From contig MGEY01000054.1 of the NCBI GenBank assembly GCA_001791615.1, positions 1 through 41,135 on the forward strand: a stretch of 41,135 bases of DNA, given 5' to 3'. This DNA is from Candidatus Uhrbacteria bacterium RIFOXYA2_FULL_40_9 (lineage in GTDB: Bacteria > Patescibacteriota > Patescibacteriia > UBA9934 > GWF2-40-263). Under the pieces are notes generated by a model. That model saw nothing but the letters and a program-made list of their open reading frames with translations. It searched no databases and was not told the DNA's origin. Every line of letters begins with the position of its first letter. Position 1 is the stretch's first letter. This document shows, piece by piece, positions 39,259 to 41,135 of this stretch. The translations under genes were made by a program, and so were the position numbers.

Positions 39259-41135
39259 ATGCGTATTCACGCACTCGCCCTGTTTTCTCTTTCCTGCTTG
39301 ATGATTGCCTGCGGAGAAGAACCTGTTGCCGAGCCTGCCTCTATTGTTCCGGTCACTGACCCTAAGCCAAACCCCGTCGAATACCCGGTTGATAATTCTT
39401 TTTCGACAGATGAGGCTACAGCGGCTTGGCTGGATTCTGTAGAAGCGACAGCAACACAGATTTCCAACCTTTCGGTCGATTACGGAAACCTGAACACTTT
39501 TGTTCAGTCGTTGACTTTTGATGAGGCTTCTCTGCGAGAGTTTTCCAGAACTATGCCAAACTATCCTTATCTTCCTTCAGATGGTCTGTGTCAGATTGAG
39601 TACTACGGTGAGGCAGAAATTTTTCATATGACCGTGGATGAGGCTCATCGTCTTGCCAAGCAGACCGAAGATCCTAACTTGGACAAGGAATGGCAAGCGA
39701 GTCGGTATTTCATTTCTCACAACATGACTGTGGAAGCACACGAGTGTCTTGTTGCCCTTCGTCAAGAAGATGAATGGAAGGCAGTTGGACGTTTGGCTAT
39801 TGAGCTTGGCAATTTTGATCTTATTGACCAGACTCTTGATTCCTACCGTGAGCTGGATCGGGTCAGTGATATTCATCAGCTCATGAATTATGCGGTGCAG
39901 ATTGGTCATCTCAAGACGGCTCAGCATATTGCCGGTAAGATGGAATGGAACTATCTGGCGGAAATTCCGCTCGAGCAGCTTCAGCGTCGTGTTGCCTGTG
40001 GAGATGTTGATCTTCTTGCCGAGTTGATTCCCTATCAGTTGAAGGAAGAAAAGGAAGCGGCACAGCAGGGAACCGAATTCGGTTTTGAGCAAAAGCATTC
40101 TGAATATCTGCTTGGCAACATTGCTCTGTTTGGCCAAAAGGATCGGCAGCAAGCCCTGGCTTATGCGCGAGAAGCGCTGGCGTGGGATGGTCTCAATGTT
40201 GTTGTTCTGTACAGCAATCCAGATTATGGCGATTATGATGTGGTTCAAGGTTCGCTTGCCTTCTGGCAGTTGATCAAGAGCGATCCTGCATTGGCTGATT
40301 CCTATCTTCGACATGTGGATGCTTGGTTCCAGCAGGTCGTGACTCATGATGATGGTTGGAAGCCACTTCCTCCCGTCGTCTGCGCTCCCAATGAGATTTA
40401 TGAGATTTTTGAGCCATTTTATTTCAACAATCCTTTCCCAGATTTGTTGGTTTCTGTGGGTCAGGGGGATGTGATCCTGCGTGATCGCTATCTCTGGCAT
40501 TTGGATCATCTCAATGAGGATGTCAGATCTGATGGATTGGCTATCGCGGTCATGAGACATTTCCTCGGAAGACCATGGGATATTGAAAATCCCCGTTTGA
40601 CCCAGGCAGCTCGTTATCAGATTGCTTTCCTGTCTGGGCACAAGGAAAAGGCACCACCGCCAACTTCACGACCGTACTACCTGTCCCAGTCTTCCGAGTA
40701 CGTGATCTTTCAGGATGGATCCATTCTCGATTCGACTGATCTGGGAATACTCCTGAGGTCTGGCCATCTTTCCAAGGCTGCAGCCGTTCAGTTGTTTACA
40801 CTTCTGCAGATTCATGTTGATCCTTATACTGGAAGCTCCTACAGTAAGCCAGAAGATGTTCAGCTTGCCATGGGCTTGGTCTCTGAAAATGTGAGTCGAG
40901 GTGAATGGGATCGAGCTCTGCCAATTTGCCATGGTCTTCTTGTGGGGACGCGCACAGATAAGTGCGAGTCACTCTTGGATGAGCAAGGTTTCTTGAGTAC
41001 AAAGAGTCCTCAGGTCAACGGCTACATCCATGATCTGTTGACTGTGACTGGTAATACAGATCTGGCAAAGGAGCTACTCGTCCAGCAGCTTCTGAAGGAA
41101 CTTTCCGATCAAACTACTGCTCGATTTGAGTGGCA
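39259..41135 (+). CDS. Large putative lipoprotein, 3'-truncated by the window edge (at least 625 codons), unknown function
   Basis: Not in the supplied ORF track because no stop falls within the window. I translated all 625 codons by hand from the ATG at 39259 and found none. AAGGAG lies 5 nt upstream. The N-terminus MRIHALALFSLSCLMIAC|GEE fits the lipobox pattern (LMIA-C). Helical-repeat-like composition. Confidence 0.75.
   Translation, partial: MRIHALALFSLSCLMIACGEEPVAEPASIVPVTDPKPNPVEYPVDNSFSTDEATAAWLDSVEATATQISNLSVDYGNLNTFVQSLTFDEASLREFSRTMPNYPYLPSDGLCQIEYYGEAEIFHMTVDEAHRLAKQTEDPNLDKEWQASRYFISHNMTVEAHECLVALRQEDEWKAVGRLAIELGNFDLIDQTLDSYRELDRVSDIHQLMNYAVQIGHLKTAQHIAGKMEWNYLAEIPLEQLQRRVACGDVDLLAELIPYQLKEEKEAAQQGTEFGFEQKHSEYLLGNIALFGQKDRQQALAYAREALAWDGLNVVVLYSNPDYGDYDVVQGSLAFWQLIKSDPALADSYLRHVDAWFQQVVTHDDGWKPLPPVVCAPNEIYEIFEPFYFNNPFPDLLVSVGQGDVILRDRYLWHLDHLNEDVRSDGLAIAVMRHFLGRPWDIENPRLTQAARYQIAFLSGHKEKAPPPTSRPYYLSQSSEYVIFQDGSILDSTDLGILLRSGHLSKAAAVQLFTLLQIHVDPYTGSSYSKPEDVQLAMGLVSENVSRGEWDRALPICHGLLVGTRTDKCESLLDEQGFLSTKSPQVNGYIHDLLTVTGNTDLAKELLVQQLLKELSDQTTARFEW

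Noticed and set aside
39577-40641. 354-aa minus-strand ORF, with 88-aa and 68-aa minus ORFs at 40666-41002. These are the only ORFs the track lists in this region.
   Set aside because: They lie antisense to a continuous + strand frame that has an SD, a promoter and a lipoprotein signal peptide. The minus translations have no start signals and an implausible composition. I treat them as shadow ORFs of a GC-rich gene.
1-41135. Alternative genetic code, such as UGA recoded as in some candidate phyla.
   Set aside because: TGA terminates rsmH, pilD, gatA and the 6681-7223 gene at the expected protein ends, forming ATGA overlaps with the next start. No conserved gene needs read-through of an in-frame TGA.

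Overview
This is a 41.1-kb low-GC bacterial chromosomal segment that uses the standard genetic code: TGA closes several conserved genes and forms ATGA stop/start overlaps at 2181, 7220, 24283 and 28070.

**Housekeeping backbone.** Most genes are on the + strand:
- mraZ-rsmH-ftsL-like, a ZIP metal transporter, cysS
- dnaX, tRNA-Gln(CUG)
- a rimK-like ligase and dus on the minus strand
- a beta-CASP MBL RNase, lepA, recJ, rnhA
- a small type IV pilus module (pilM, CheY-like receiver, pilin, pilD)
- ligA, gatC-gatA, lgt, a TrmB-type regulator
- tRNA-Ser(GGA) on the minus strand, a CaCA exchanger, dnaG-rpoD

The gene content and the many unplaceable hypothetical proteins fit a small-genome, Patescibacteria/CPR-like organism. 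That is inference only.

**Accessory patches.**
1. An AT-rich two-gene islet (about 30825-33575) abuts the 3' end of tRNA-Ser. It encodes a miniature UvrA-like double-ABC ATPase with no zinc modules, plus an HD(LGK)-type hydrolase. This is my best candidate for an undescribed system.
2. Three GC-rich islets (5266-6626, 29630-30824, 37971 to the window end) encode membrane, secreted or lipoprotein products. Four of their five genes have a TTGACx-17-TAnnnT promoter and a strong Shine-Dalgarno site (29639-30007 has no evident SD). Native genes mostly have an extended -10 box only 8-9 nt from an SD-less ATG, which looks leaderless.
3. The third islet opens with a 3 x 20-nt tandem repeat. It contains a >625-codon lipoprotein ORF (39259 to the window end) that is missing from the supplied ORF track because it runs off the edge.

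**Other notable signals.**
- A 49-nt perfect direct repeat and a pseudo-tRNA hairpin lie in the tRNA-Gln leader.
- dnaX has an in-frame A_AAA_AAG slippery site.
- A GTGG array with 10-bp phasing lies upstream of mraZ.
- The first GC islet has a structured GC-rich leader.

All coordinates and motif calls were derived by hand. G+C statements rest on hand counts of a few 60-nt lines, not on a computed profile.
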